Source: Felis catus (Eukaryota). From it: a stretch of DNA of 64,000 nt. The DNA lies in the NCBI RefSeq assembly GCF_018350175.1, contig NC_058369.1:27840001-27904000 (forward strand), given 5' to 3'. The position numbers and the translations under genes were made by a program. Under the pieces are notes generated by a model. The model was not told where the DNA came from, ran no database searches, and was given only the letters and a program-made list of their open reading frames with translations. Every line of letters begins with the position of its first letter. Position 1 is the first letter of the stretch. Positions 35,121-49,362 of the stretch are shown in pieces.

Positions 35121-38100
35121 AAACATCCAGGTACTCAAATGATATCATACTTAGCCCTATCTTCACTCCATCTAATTTCATTCTCAGACAGCTTCATTCT
35201 ACATGGTGGCAAAGACAACAGTGAGGGAACTTCTCAGAAGGGCTGGAAATAGTTTGGCTTCCTATCTTCCCTGTTAGAACCAAACACTATGTCAAAGGAA
35301 TACAATATTCTTATCATCCAGTCTGTGAGCTAAAGAGAATGGGGGCAGCTACCTTCAAATCATTTGGATTAAGCAGGAATCATCCTTATGGGGAAAGATT
35401 AGTTCTCCTAAGAAACTCTGAGCAGATGAATAACATGAAGAGCATCTAAGATTCAATAGGTCTAAGATTAAGTCTACAGTAAAAGTTTACTCTATTTCTG
35501 GGGATGTAAAACAGCTATAACTCCCTGCCCCATGTCCACTTCCAATGAAAATCAAGGAAAAAGCTTAAAATACAAAATAATAAAAATGTGTCTTGAAGAA
35601 AAATATGCTCTTGCAACATAAAGAAGCTATCCTCAGTCATGGATAGATACAAAATGTGAAGATATATAATTGCTGCATAAATGTATTAATGGAAGTGCTA
35701 ATGCCATAAATCGTACATCTCTATTTGACACACAATCTTTTATTTTCCTTTCAATGAGGAAGAAAAAAATAAAGGAGCGGAACTGGTAATATTGCTTGCA
35801 ACTAAATTAGATTTTCCACCAGAGAAAGCTGTTTAGAAAAAGCTATTTGAAAAAGCAAAATAGTACTCACAAAAGGGTATTAATGAGCCCAACCAGGAAG
35901 AAAAAGCCTCCAAAAATACAAACAAATGTTTGCAAAATATCTTTTGGGACTAAAAGCCAAAGGGATGCTTTGAACTTTCTATCTTTGAAGAAACTATTTC
36001 ACCTTCCAGCTGACTATGAGAGCCAGTTGAATTTTTAGAATAAGAACCCTTAACTTACACTCCAAGTCTTACTGAGGATTCAAGAGACAAGACCTCACGA
36101 GCTCTGGGTTTAGAAGAAAACTGATATATCCTGCCCTCAAACTGTGAGGCATTATAAGAACAAGATGTGGACTATGCTTGGGTTTGGCTTTCACCCTGAC
36201 TGCTGAGAATGTTGTAATATAGAGTTAAAAGCCAATTCTGAGACAAGGAAGGATCAGGTTAACTCTGAACCTTTACTCTGGATGCTCTTTCACTGCTTGT
36301 CCACAGAGCTCTTTTTTATTTTTTTAAATATTATTTATTCTTACTTATTTATTAACAAAAGAACAAGAAAATGGCAGGAAAACAGCAAAGAAAAATTGAG
36401 ATTTTCTCCCCAAGAACAAGGAGGAGTCAGGCCACCTTTCCGCGGTTTCTCCGTACCACTAAATTAAGTCTGTTACAAGAATATGCCTGCTATGGCTTAG
36501 TGTGCCACATGAGGGACACAGCAGTTGGTAAATGACATTCAGAATTCTTTTTATCAATTAAAAAAATCCAAACCCATTTATGCATTTTATTTTAGGACTA
36601 TTCCCGTGCTGCCCAAGTGCTTAGCCAGCTCACCAGAGGACAGTGGAAAACTGGGGCGGGGGTTGGGGGGGAGGAGGTTCTGATTGAGTCAACTGTCACC
36701 AAACTATTTTCACTGAAGAAGGGGTTTCCTTGTAGGGATTTAATACTAAAACTATCCCTTCTACATGGTGTACCAGAATAATGAAGGAAGCAAAAGGGAT
36801 AGTCTTAAAATATAAACATTTCACTTCTAGTGATGAGATGGTCATGTTCAATGGCACACTGGAAGAAATGCTAAATGCCAGTTCTCTCAGCAACATGCCA
36901 TTATATTATCATGTGTATTAATAAACCCAAGGTACCATACTATGCATGCCATATGGATAAATAAATGGCGTATGTGGTGAGTAGTATTTTATATAGGATA
37001 ATCATTTCAAAAGGTCAGGGAAGAGGCAATTGTTCAAAGGTGGGGAAAAAACATTTTCCAGCATTATCTAGTGAAAAATAAATACTGTATTTGGAACAGT
37101 TGCAAAGGATCTGCAGTGTATTTAATATATATCCTCTTCAATGACACTTGGCTTTTCTGTTAGAATTTCACCTTTGTACAGTTTGCTAATGTCACACATA
37201 GTCTCAGTAGCATCTTTTACTTAAAACCACAAATATTAGGTGGAAAAATGTGTTGAGGGAGGTTTCCTGGACTATTTTCATGAGGAAGGTAATCAGAGAT
37301 GCCGTCTGAATTGTTTGACAAGCCATACCACGCAGAAAGTAATGACCACATACTTGCCAGGGGCCCCAGTGAGATGAGTGAGATTAAGGGTTACCTTTTG
37401 AGAATTAAGACCCCATGATTTTTTAGAGGCCAAGTTTACATCCCTTGTACAACAGAGAAAGATTTGTTGAATATGCCATATTTTTATTTTTTCTTGGAGA
37501 TGAACTGTTTTAATACAGTTGGAAACAGTTTCTTAAAAATAAATGTATCCTTAACAAAGTAAGTGTAAACATGACCTTTATTTTCCTTCTGCTATTCTCT
37601 TCTTCCTCACTGCATTCATTTGCTGCTGTTCTTTGACCTTGGACAAGTAATAGTAATCCTTAGAGCAAGCTCTCTTTTACCACCAAGAAGAGGTTCTTTC
37701 CACTCTGGTAACATTTTTGTTGTAGTTGTTGACATGCCAGGTAAAATAATTCTCTTTGGATGCTAAAACCCCTCTCAGAATCAATTCCTTCAAATAACTC
37801 ACTTAAGATCTTAAATGTATTAAACCACTACTGTGAGAGTTTAAATATTCTGATTCTGCTGCTTCTTTGTCTTCTTCAGCATTTCTCTTATCCATCTTCT
37901 CTCAATCTATGCATTAGGTTTAGAATGGATAGCTATGAAAACAGGTGCCAATGACTCTAAATTCCAAGAGGGAATTCTGTATGTGGTTCATAATAAACCA
38001 CTGGAGATAGAGTAGCATTGGAGTTACTTTTCAACATGTCTTTTCAGGGTCAACATTGATGAGCTCTGCTGAAGACAAAAAAGCACTTCTTCTACTGAGC

Positions 38101-38699
38101 TGTCTTGAGAATTCCCATCTCAGAGGACCATGTCCTTTTGTTCCTTACAAGGACAAAGCAGATTAAAATAATAATGCATGGTACTTTAATCATAGTATAT
38201 CTGTCACTCCAGCCAGGAACTCCATGATATCTGCAGGAAGTTCATAAATGACAGGTATTCGGAGAGCGCTGTGGCGCCATCAGAGGCCAGTGAACATCCG
38301 CTGTTCTCGTAATCTTCTGCCACTTCCTCCAGCAATGACCCTGGCATCATCTGAGGACTCAGTCCTGCTCTACATCCATAAGCAAGGCTCCATATTCAGA
38401 GTTAACGAATGTGCTTGAGGCCCAGCCAATAGACATATCATATTCCCTTGGCCACTGGATTTGTTGAGTGGTAGACACATGACCTAACCCATTCCAATCA
38501 GAGTGATGTAAGAACATCTACAGGAGCTATCATAAAAGAGGTAGATTCTTCTCTGCTAGAGTTTCTACAGCCATAATGTCACCACTGGTTAGGCCAGACA
38601 AAGTTTGGGGGTCTTCCATTACTTAATGGGACTTGGGGAATACATCCTAGAATCTCTCCTTGAGGATAACATATATAATTATGGATTATATAATATGGT

Positions 38700-39665
38700 C
38701 CAAATATCTTCAAAATGTATTAAGATTCCAATCATTTCTCACCATCTCCACCAGTACCACCACATCCAAGCCACCATCACCTTTTTTCTGAATTATTCCC
38801 CAAACCATCCAAGGAGGTTTCTCCTTCTAAACTTATTCCCAGATAATCTATTATCCACAGAGCACCCGAAAATTCTTTTTTTTTTTTAAATTTAACGTTT
38901 ATTTATCTTTGAGAGGTAGAGACAGAGCACAAGTGGGGGAGGGGCAGAGAGAGAGGGAGACACAGAATCCGAAGCAGGCTCCAGGCTCTGAGCTGTCAGC
39001 ACAGAGCCTGATGTGGGACTTGAACCCACGAACCATGAGACACTTAACCAACTGAGCCACCCAGGCACCCACAGAAAATTATTTTTAAAAAATAAATCAG
39101 ATCACACTCCCCACTACGTTCCCATTGCAAACTCCTTATCATAGCCTATAAGGTCCTCTTGACTCAATTCGGTCATATCTACCCATCCAACCTCAATGCC
39201 TTATCACTCTCATGAAGCTCCCTCTCAACTGCTGCCTTGCTCTTCCCTCAACATTCCACTCTTGATGACTCCTCCAGGCCTTTATTCTGTCTATAATACT
39301 GGTCTCCTTCATCTTTCCACATCCCACCACCCCACCCCCGCCCTTTGCTTCATTCCAGTCACAGCTCAAATGCCCTATCTTCAGAAAGTCTTCCCTGGAT
39401 GCCCAATCAAATATAGCATCCCTTCGCAATACTCACTACCCTCTTGTTTTTATTTTCTTCAAAGCCCAAATCACTACCTGCAACTACATTATTTCTTCAT
39501 TGACTTGTTACTTATCAGTCTACTCCACTGAAATAAAACCTCCATGAGCATAAGATGTCTGTTTGTCTTACTTGCTGCTGAATCACAGCACAGGGAGCAT
39601 AGCCTGGCATATACAAGTTGCTTTAAAAGTATTTGGTGAATGAATGGAGGGATCAATGAATAAAT
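38700..39665 (+). mobile_element. L2 relic interrupted by a SINE
   Basis: L2 motifs ccaagccaccatcac, aaataaatcagatcac, cagctcaaatgccc, gcctggcatata..tgaatgaatg. Confidence 0.75.
38876..39070 (-). mobile_element. Can-SINE with internal deletion of about 24 bp
   Basis: aaccatgaga joined directly to cacttaacc; TSD gaaaatt[c/a]ttttt. Confidence 0.93.
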
Positions 39666-40956
39666 TCTGCCACAATGTGTTCCACAGGTAAATCAACGTT
39701 CAGATATTACAAAATCTAATGACATGGTTTAACAGGCAACCATTCTTGGTTCTGCTTGGTGAACATCCAATCATCAGAGAAAGGCAAACATATTTGCATA
39801 TTTAAAAGTTTGTAAGCAAGGTGATTTTATTTTGAGGCTGTTTAACAGGAAGAAAGCATCTCTTGATTGGACACACACATACACACATACACACAAAAAC
39901 TACACTGGTTTCTGATGTCTTAAATAATCTGAGCACATTTTTACCTGAAAAGACTCCCTGTAGAATTAGCAATGCTATGCCTCACCCAGAGGGGAAAAAA
40001 ACATGCTGAGCCTTGTCTAGGAGAGAAAGCAGGTCACAGTAGCTTCCAAAGGGTCAAAAGATCAGGGGATGTATATATAAGACATATATGTGGATTTTTC
40101 TGCCCATAGGCATTTTTCACACAATACACAGAGAATAAACTAACATGTTCCCAATCAAGAGAAGAAGAACCAACAAGTTTTCAATAACACTTTGAACCTA
40201 AATGTAACACCGAAGATTGACAAAGGTACAAAAGGCTGTTCTCTTAAAAATCTGTCACAACTCTCTACCAAAATGGTCTTTTACAATTGCTTTGCCTACA
40301 ATCTCTACTGCATGGGTTTTCCATGTGCCATCAGCAGGGTGTGACAATGCCCATTAATTTTCACTCTCTCCTATATGAGGCGTTAGGACTTTAAAAACTT
40401 GTATCCAAATGGGTAGTTGGAAACACTGTATTTCACTGCTTTAATATAGATGTCTCTGCCCTGATTAAAGCACAACCCCAATATTCACTCATGTTCACGT
40501 TTGAGACCCAAAGGGGAGGGGGAACTTTTTAAAGCCCCACAGGGAGCCAGGTGAAACCTTGTATATCTAGCAAAATGAAGAAATAAGAGCTACTAATTCT
40601 ATTTAACTAGGAGTCAACCCAGGTGGCTTCTGTGAAATTCTCTCTTACTGCCTCTGTTTATTTTCCTTCTCAGCCAACCAGCGAATAATAGCAATATTTT
40701 GCATTTGCCTTACAATTTGCCAAGTACATTTATTTGTCTTCCTCAACTATCTTTATAAAAATTCGGTAAGCTGTACAAGGCAAATGTCTCTATTTTCCAG
40801 ATAAGATTCAGGAAATGGACTTTCCCTTGGTCTCTCAGTTATTGAGTGGTCAAGTCTGGACCAGGATCCGTGTTTCCTGATGGTTTTTTGAAAGCTCTTT
40901 CCACCACACTGTGCTCCCTTAAAATACATCAAGTGAAAAGACACAGTTCATAAGTT

Positions 40957-41107
40957 GGAAGGAAGGAAGGAAGGAAGGAAGGAAGGAAGGAAGGAAGGAA
41001 GGAAGGAAGGAAAAGGAAGGGAAGGGTGGAAAAGAAGGAAAGGAAGGGAAGAAAGGAGGAAGGGAGGAAAGAAGGGAGGGAGGGAGGGAGGGAGGAAGAA
41101 AAGAAGA
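40957..41107. repeat. (GGAA)14 plus degenerate polypurine tract
   Basis: Directly visible. Confidence 0.97.
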
Positions 41108-41616
41108 TGCAGTTCTCCAAGTGCTAAATCTCTATCCTCATCCTTGTGGACTCTAAACTCCCAACAAAAATTACTTTCTTGTAACCTCAATGCTACACCC
41201 AGCTGAGCCTGCATGTTGGTTTCTATGAGCTTTAACAAAAGTGTCAATTATTATATTGAAATTCTATTTTAAGGTTTATCACGAATGTTGATTTCTACAA
41301 AATCCTTAATTAAGAAGTGTTAGAAAACACAGCTCTCAATCAATTGCCATGGGACATAATAACAAGGGAGTGTTACTATTCCTCATTTTTTTCCAGTCTC
41401 AGGGACACCAATCCAGATTGAATTAAGTTCAGTGGTATTCTAAGGCCATGTTTCTGGAAGAGAAATACCAAGGGCATAGAATGAATTTAGGGAACATTTT
41501 AAATTTGGCATTTTATCATTTTGTCCCAGACCCAGGGTTTAAACTCTGCATAGTAAGATTACCATAGCTTTCAACGGTGACTCACTCCCCCTATGTTCTT
41601 CCAGCTCAAGCCAGGA

Positions 41617-41870
41617 TCCATTCATTCATTCAACAACTATATATTGCCCATCTACATCATGCCAGGTGCTAGAGATATGATGAACAAAAGACACATTGCT
41701 CCTGTCCTGTAGAGATGTATACTGGTGAGACAGATGGACAAAAGACAAACATAGTTACGACTGATCATAAGTGCTATAAAGGAAGTAAAAAGGGGCACTA
41801 AAGGGGCTTAACAAAGTTACCTGCTTTGGTTAGGGTGGTCAGGCAAGGGCTCCCTGGGGAGGTGAGTCAG
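41617..41870 (-). mobile_element. L2 3' relic
   Basis: cattcattcattcaacaactat..tgccaggtgctagagat..ctcctgtcct..ggtggtcaggcaagggctccctggggaggtga. Confidence 0.75.
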
Positions 41871-43989
41871 GGACAGAACTGCCAACGATGAGCATTTCTT
41901 CCCTGACTCACACTTGCCTCATTCCATATTCTTTCCTGAAGTAGTTGGCTGATGAACAGGTCAAACACCAAACGTGTTGTGACAGGAATGGTACCAGACA
42001 TACCAGAAAGATCTGCTTTCGAAATCAGTCATGAAAATGAAATCAACATATAAGAGCCAGAAATGCCAACTGGTGCAAAAATAGCCTCTTTATATCCCAA
42101 AAAGGAATCGTTTCTCTATAATGACAAGAGGTATATTGCCAATAAATTCACAATTCTGTTTCCAATTAATGCAAACGTATAATATTCCAAACTGTTATTA
42201 GATTTCAATTAATAACCTGTGATGCCTCATTAATGCAAATATGCTCCTAGTGGTGCTAAACCTTCATTAGTGAAATGGGTCCAATGACATGACTGTTTCA
42301 TACAATAATGGAATGATGATTAAAAGGTACAATTAATCATTTTCTGCTTCTAAATGATCTCTATGACAGTTTACTTATGCCTATATGAAACATGGGCTTC
42401 TTGCAAAAAGCCAATTTATATTTAAACTTTTCAATGGCAAAAGGAAAAGCAGAAATATCACACTGAAGTGTCTCTAATAGTGGCAGAGAATCCAGGAGCA
42501 CATTGGGTTCTTCAAGAATAAGAAAGGCCATGGAGCTGGTACCATTCTCCATTTCATGCAGTACATTGTGTTCAAGTATGAAGTGTAAAGCTGCGTATCT
42601 TGGCTGTACGGCTGAGTGACAGAGCTTTTAGGTTCTTGCCCAGGGACTCTCCCATTACTTAAACCCTGAACTGCTCCACATGCAAGTTCGCACCAACCAC
42701 TGATCCTGAGCCAAACATGGCAAAAACAGGATACCATTCCCACCATGTCTTGCTCCCCCACCACTCCATGCAGTGAAGTTAGCCATGAAACCAAACTACC
42801 TAAAACACTCTCCATTACTGCTTCCTGCCCAGCATCCACTGCCAATTCTGCCCATTGCACTGTTTTCCCTATTCAGAACCATCCCTCCCTCATACTTGTA
42901 TGGTCTTGGTCAGGTGGTCCAATAGAAGCCTTCCCCTCAAGCAGGCAGAGAGGAGGGTCATGAGCCACGCTGGACCATCGACATACTCCAGTGCTCAGCA
43001 AAGTCATGGATCCAGTGACTCTTGAACTCAGCAGCATCTCTTGGGTCTTTCCTGTGATTCCCTCACATCTATCAAAGAATACCCTTTTAACTTCATGCTT
43101 TGGATTTAATTTGCTATTTGTGATTTTTTAGAGAATACCAGAACTGAAAAGTAAGCCATTTAAAAGGACCATTTGTCCTTCCAAACCACCACCCAGGCCA
43201 AGTACAACCCACTCTTATTGTCCCTCATTGTCAGCCCCCAGTGACACTTGCCAGGAGATATAAGCTGTGCAAAAGCCACACATTTCTCTGTCTTAAGTAA
43301 ATAGTAGTTTTCAAAATCTACTGAGATTTCTTCTTAATTGTTGCTTAGTAACCATCACAAGATTAGAAGTATTTTCTAGCTTAAAAAATAACACCCTCAA
43401 AAACATCACTTAGATATTTAAAATTAAGAAACTGTTCTTAAAATGGAGTTGTTTAAAAACTCAGTTATTATAGTAGCCTAACATCAGACACACAATCCTA
43501 AAAAATTAAAAGAAAACAAAAGCTTTAAAAGTTCTATTCTAAAAGTGCAAGTCAATCGGTTCCTCTTCAATATTTCGTCAGACAATGCATACATTGTGAC
43601 TCTATTCGCCTTGACAATGGAAGTAATACTGGGTCTTAACACATATTTACTAATATGTTAGCAAAATTACACTTCTTCCATATATAGTTATATATTAGAC
43701 GCATAAGACATAAGCATGAGATGTGGCACCTTGGCTTAGAATGTACCTCTGTATTTAGACAGCTATCCCTTATTAAAAAATAAATATTAACTTATAACAT
43801 GCACATGGCATAGTGACAGTTTCAGTGCATTTGCCCACAATGATTGAGGGGTATGTATTGATGGTTACAAGACGGCCCTGGACACTTGGTAGAAAGGAGA
43901 GCAGTGACTGATTAGTGATGGCTGCCAAAGGTGTAGGACTCAGCAAGGCAGCAGGCACACCAAGAGTCTGTTCACTCCCTCGCAGCATG

Positions 43990-44137
43990 AAAAAAATCCA
44001 CTTTTTCTGCCAGTGGTTGCCTGACCTTTAAGAAGTTGCATTTCCCTGGGTCTCGGTCTACTCATCTTTAAAATGAAGGTTGTGATGAGATGACCTCTAA
44101 GGTCCCTTCCAGTTTGAACATTCTGTGATATTCTGAG
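43990..44137 (+). mobile_element. MIR3-like relic
   Basis: ctcatctttaaaatgaagg..gatgacctctaaggtcccttccagtttgaacattctgtgatattct. Confidence 0.7.
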
Positions 44138-44975
44138 GGAAGAATAATAATAGCCCTTATGATTAGCAGTCATAGCAGTATGGTGTGTGGCCAGCAAAAG
44201 GCAGGAGGCAAAGTGAGCCTATATGTGAAAGCTCTGAAGGCAAGGGAGAGCAAAGGAGGGGACCCTCTCGGAGCTGTTCCACAGTAAACCTGGCTTGGAG
44301 GATAATGCCTCAGAAGCAAATTAACATCCCATGAATAAACAGTCCATCCTCTTCCCAATGAAATATTTTCAAAAGTTCTTCATAGAATTATTTTGCAAAA
44401 AAAGTGACATGTTCATAATTTTAAAAAATACAGATGATTTTCTTTACATATAACCTTTCAGACATGTCTGCACCTCACAGATGGAAATGTGTAGGAGCGC
44501 TGGTCAAAATTTTTTCAGCTACAGAACCGTGAAGGTCACTATCTCACAGAGAAGTGCAGAGATCAGGCAGGCTCCATGACTGGCAGTGTCATCGGGCAGG
44601 GGGTGGGGGGCAGTAGATCTTCTGAGCTCTCTGCTCTAAGAACCTTGTGAAGGCTCTGTCCTAAGGCTAGTTCCCCACATGGTGATTAGATGGTTGCCAG
44701 GAGCAATTGGTGTTCTGTGCTTCTTGTTCAATTCCTGAAAAAGACTGCCTTTCTTTCTCAGAAGTGTGAGCAACCTTCCCCTTGCTGCTCTGTGGCCCAA
44801 ATTGGTTCAGATCAACTCATCTTTGAATCAATATCTGGCAAGGTTGATGGAATTACTGTGAATAGGGAGAGAGAAAGGAAGGGAGAGAGCAGGGAGTGAG
44901 CAAAGTAGGGAAGATGGAGGGGTGTAGAAAGGGCCCCAGACAACTGAACACTGGTCTGACACATCTAGGGCTCAG

Positions 44976-45490
44976 TGTTAGAAGCTGGCCTGGCACTCAC
45001 AGCTAGGCCACAGTGTTCTCCTGCTGGACATAAACAACCTTGCAGAACACCAACAACTCACGAAAGGTCACTCTGAGATTAAGATAAAGTGAGACAAGAC
45101 AAGGCCACTTGACAAAACGTCTGAGCACCTGACAAAGACAAGGTTACAATATAACACACAAAATACCACACATCCTCCTCCTTTGGCTAATATGAGCGAC
45201 TGCTGCTTCTTCATGAATTATAGCTTTAGCCTCACTCCATCCTGCCTTCCCCACAGAGATTTATTGAGATACCCAATTACAGAATTGGCCCCCACTTTAT
45301 GACAGTACTCTGTCCAGAATGAACCTCACTTCCATGGGCCCTCTCCCAACCACCCAAACAGGGCCAAATCCTTTCTAACATATTCTTACTAAGAGGTCCC
45401 ATGGTTCTCCATGAGTGTATTTTCCCTCCTGTAATAAATAAGTCCAACTTAATCAACTCCAAGTGTGTTCCTAGTGGCCTGTACTGGTTT
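44976..45490 (+). mobile_element. MER89/MER90-like ERV1 solo LTR
   Basis: TGTTAGAA start; ggcctggcactcacagctaggcc; ggctaatatgagcgactgctgcttct; AATAAA near 45433. Confidence 0.7.
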
Positions 45491-45495
45491 TAGAC

Positions 45496-45722
45496 CAATG
45501 TTTGCCAATATTTTTCCCCATTTTTGCCCCTCACCAAGAAGCCTCTTTAGATATATATTTTTTTCCTATTCATCCCTAACCCACGAAACGTTATAGCACA
45601 GATACACTGAACATCTACTTATTTACTGTACACACATAAGCGCCTTACACATATAAAGAGTAAGGTCTCAACACACATATACATACACACTCATGAATCA
45701 GTTTCCATATTGTTGAGAATAA
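45496..45722 (+). mobile_element. hAT-Charlie non-autonomous relic (MER112-like)
   Basis: gcctctttaga..ttttttcctatt..cacagatacactg..tatttactgta..taaagagtaag..gttgagaat. Confidence 0.5.
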
Positions 45723-45977
45723 ATTATGCGAGAGTAGAATAAATGTTGGGGAGTCTACCACAATACGTCAAGAAGCACATAGCTTCTTAAAAATATATAT
45801 ATTTTCAGGGGAGTATTAACAATAACAGTTAACATTTTAGTGCCTTCTATTACTTTTTAATTATAAACATTAATTATAAGAATTAATATTTTCACACATC
45901 TATTACTTTCTACATATGTTAACTCATTTTATCCAACCAAAAACCTTTGTGATTGGTACTAGAATTATCCCCATTTT

Positions 45978-46197
45978 GTTTTCTTATTTTTGAGAGAGAG
46001 AGACAGAGACAGAGACAGAGACAGAGAGACACAGCATGAGCAAGGGGAGGGGTAGAGAGGGAGACACAGAATCCGAAGCAGGCTCCAGGTTCTGAGCTGT
46101 CAGCACAGAGCCCAATGCGGGGCTCGAACTCCTAAACCACGTGGACATGACCTGAGCCGAGTCTAATGTTCAACTAACTGAACCACCCAGGTGCCTC
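45978..46197 (-). mobile_element. Can-SINE inserted in the core of a MIR (about 45820-46350)
   Basis: Perfect TSD attatccccatttt at 45964-45977 and 46198-46211. Confidence 0.95.
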
Positions 46198-49131
46198 ATT
46201 ATCCCCATTTTAAAGCTGAAGAAACTGAAGCACAAAGCAGCCGAGTATCAGGCCCCAAGTCACACATCAACAGGGCATCAACGGTGGAGACAGCACCATG
46301 TGACTGGCCTTCTAACCTTGGGGACATGCTCTTAACCTGGAGGATACACTGCCCTATACTCGACATCAATTCTATAAATACCTGCTAAATGCATACACAA
46401 ACAAATGAGCAAATATGCATCATGATTTTTAAGACTGTATTTCCCAAGACTTATGAACAAGGCAGTAAAAATTTACAAACATAGGGATAAAGCCTAAAAA
46501 TAAGATGTCCATTACATAGAAAACCATTTTGGCAGGTATCTTTCAGGGGAATTTAAACACTGTGTTGCCAAACTGTCAAATATTTCAGAGAACTAATCCT
46601 GTTCTGTGTGTGTACATGTGTTTGTCTAACTAGAAAACGGCTTGGTTAAGAAAAGGAGGGAGACAGGGACAGGGGGCAGACAGGACTTTTTTTTTCTTCT
46701 CCCTAAAAATTAGCAATTAAAAACTGATGATCACATCATGCAACTAACAGAGCCGGCCAAGCTCTGGGTCACCACTGGCCACTGTGGCTCATGTGTGCTC
46801 AGTTTTGCTGCTGTACAGCAAAGCCAAGACTCCCTGTCCTCAAGACCACATTTTCTACCTCTTCAGAGCATTCTTCTCACAGAAGAAACCGGATTTGGCA
46901 CTTCTCATTTTTGTAAGTATCTTTTTGTTTCCAGCACTTCCAGGGAACTTAAGATCCTTAAAAAGCAAGCCCTCTTCAGAGGTCAAGCGATCTACTCTCA
47001 GGACCTCTGCTCAAGTCAGGGCCTTTGATGAAGCTGATTTTACACCATCAGAGGAGGAAAATGGCGTTCGCGGGGAGCATCTGCTGTTTTGTTAAAAATG
47101 TGGTTAAAGACATTAACAAAAGTGACATTACCAGCTGTTGTAATGTCAAGCAGCTTAGCTAAACAGTTTTTTATCAAATGACAACATATGACACCCAAAT
47201 CAATTCCAAACCAATAACACATTGTTACTTGTAACACAGAGCAGAGGGAGAGAGAGAGAGCAGGAGAGCGAGAGAAGTTAATTAAAATACAAATTCAAAT
47301 TTCTCCTGGAGCAGGAACCACAGTCAACACGATACTGATAATTTTCACAAAAATTTTTTACCTATGCTTCTAACAAAGCAAAAGAGGACCATTCTCCATC
47401 CCCGATTTTGACACAGAAACAATGCAATGCCCCTTGTAATATCCTTGTCATGGCAAAAAGAAAGGATACTGAATTTCTGGCCCTTAAAATCTGACTTGTC
47501 TTCTGCCCTTGAGCCAAATACCTCCTGAGGAATGTGACGATCGGGAGAAAAGAACGGTCTTGTTCAGCTCCTCTATTTTTATCTGCCCATCATTTTTAAT
47601 TACCAGGCCATTAAAAGGTGGCAGATCAGTAGCATTGCCAACTGTGTTGTCCTTATGGCTGGAAAGTCTGTGGCAGTCGATACAACGAACACCCTTCTGT
47701 ATTCATCACAGAGCTTGTAAAGGCAAAACTGCCTGCCACAGTCACGGCCACTCCTGAATCAATGTTTGATTTGCCTGAATGTGACCAGGGTAGGGCCTCA
47801 ACTACATCTAGTGCTTAGGAATCAGTGGGCACTTCATATTTACAATCATTAATAATACAATTCACAAATGCCAGGTCTAGGGCCGAGGCCTGAGCTGAGC
47901 CTTGCTTCCCTAAGAGTCGACGTGGCACAGTGAACAGGTAAGAAGACACTTCCAAGGGCATCCTTGCTCCTGAAAGAAAAACACAGGGGGATGCTTTGGG
48001 GAAAGGATGTTTGCCAGGAACAGAAGGTACACTGCACGTGGAGAGAGTTTCAAGATAAGTAACTCAGGAGGGACCTCCATTTGGGGGAAGGAGCACACTA
48101 GAACCAACAGAAGAGATGGAAATAAGCAAGCAGCTGTGTGGCCCTATTTCTATTAAATCAAAGGCAGGGCTGAAAGTCACAGTCAGCATATGCGGACACA
48201 CACAGAGGGGGCACCTGGGAAAATCAATGTGTATCAGGCTTGCTTGCACCTGCTTCCTCAGGGATCTCAGTGTGTTAGCTCAGGATGGATAAACTCACCC
48301 TTATCGGCACAAGTGGGTTGGTTGTGTGTCTCTGCTGAGAATGGAATAGAGGCCAAGCGGATGATAACAGCAAGAAGAACGTAAGCCTGATGTTGGAAAG
48401 AACTTCCGACAGCAAAGCCGCAGCCAGAACAGGTTGCCAAGAGAAGCATATTAGGGAAAATAGGAGGAAAGGAGAATGTGAAATGTCAGGAGTCCAGCTG
48501 TCTGAAGAGACAGGAAAGGGCAGAATGACCTCTTCAAGGTCATTCTAACCCTGTTACCATAGGAAAGAAAAGCTCCCTGGAAAGCATTGGATTTCAGATG
48601 TTTAACAGAAGAAAGACCATTTATTTGTACTTTTAAAGATTGGTTTGTCATTTTCTAATAGCTTCCAAGGCAGACCTTTTACTTTCAAAACTAATTTTTA
48701 CATTTTCTATAGTCACTTGTCTAATTAAATCCTCCATGAACGAAGGGCTAGAATTTGGACCAGACACCAGCAGTGTCAGTTACACATTCAGTACTTGCAG
48801 GTGAGACTCCGTTTCCATAAGTATTTAGAACACAGAATGATGATGGGATTCATGGTAGGGAGGAATCCAGTGTTCTCCTCTATGATAGCATTACTTGTTA
48901 AGTGATCTGTATTTGTCAGATGCCCTCCTACAACGTGATATACAGGATTTCATTTAATCCTAACACTAACTTTTTGAGCTGTGTTTCATTTTTACCGCTT
49001 GTGCAGATGGGAAACTATCTAGAATAGAAATAGCAATTAAAAACAGAAGTCAGGACTGGAACCCAGAACTCATTCTGGAGTATATACTATTAGCACTATA
49101 CTATATTCCTTCATATAGATTTCTAAAAACA

Positions 49132-49362
49132 GGGGCACTTGGGTGGCTCAGTAGGTTAAGCATCTGACTCTTGATTTCAGCTCAGGTCATGATGTCATGA
49201 TTCCTGAGATGGAGCCCCTCAATGGGTTCCTCGCTCACAGCAGGAAGCCTGCTTGGGATTCTCTCTCTCCCTCTCTCTCTACCCTTTCCCCACGTACTTG
49301 CACTTTCTCTTTCTCTCTCTCCCTCTCTCTCTCTCAAAATAAATAAATAAACTTAAAAAAAA
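49132..49362 (+). mobile_element. Can-SINE
   Basis: ggggcacttgggtggctcagtaggttaagc head, (CT)n and aataaa tail; short TSD aaaaaca. Confidence 0.95.
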
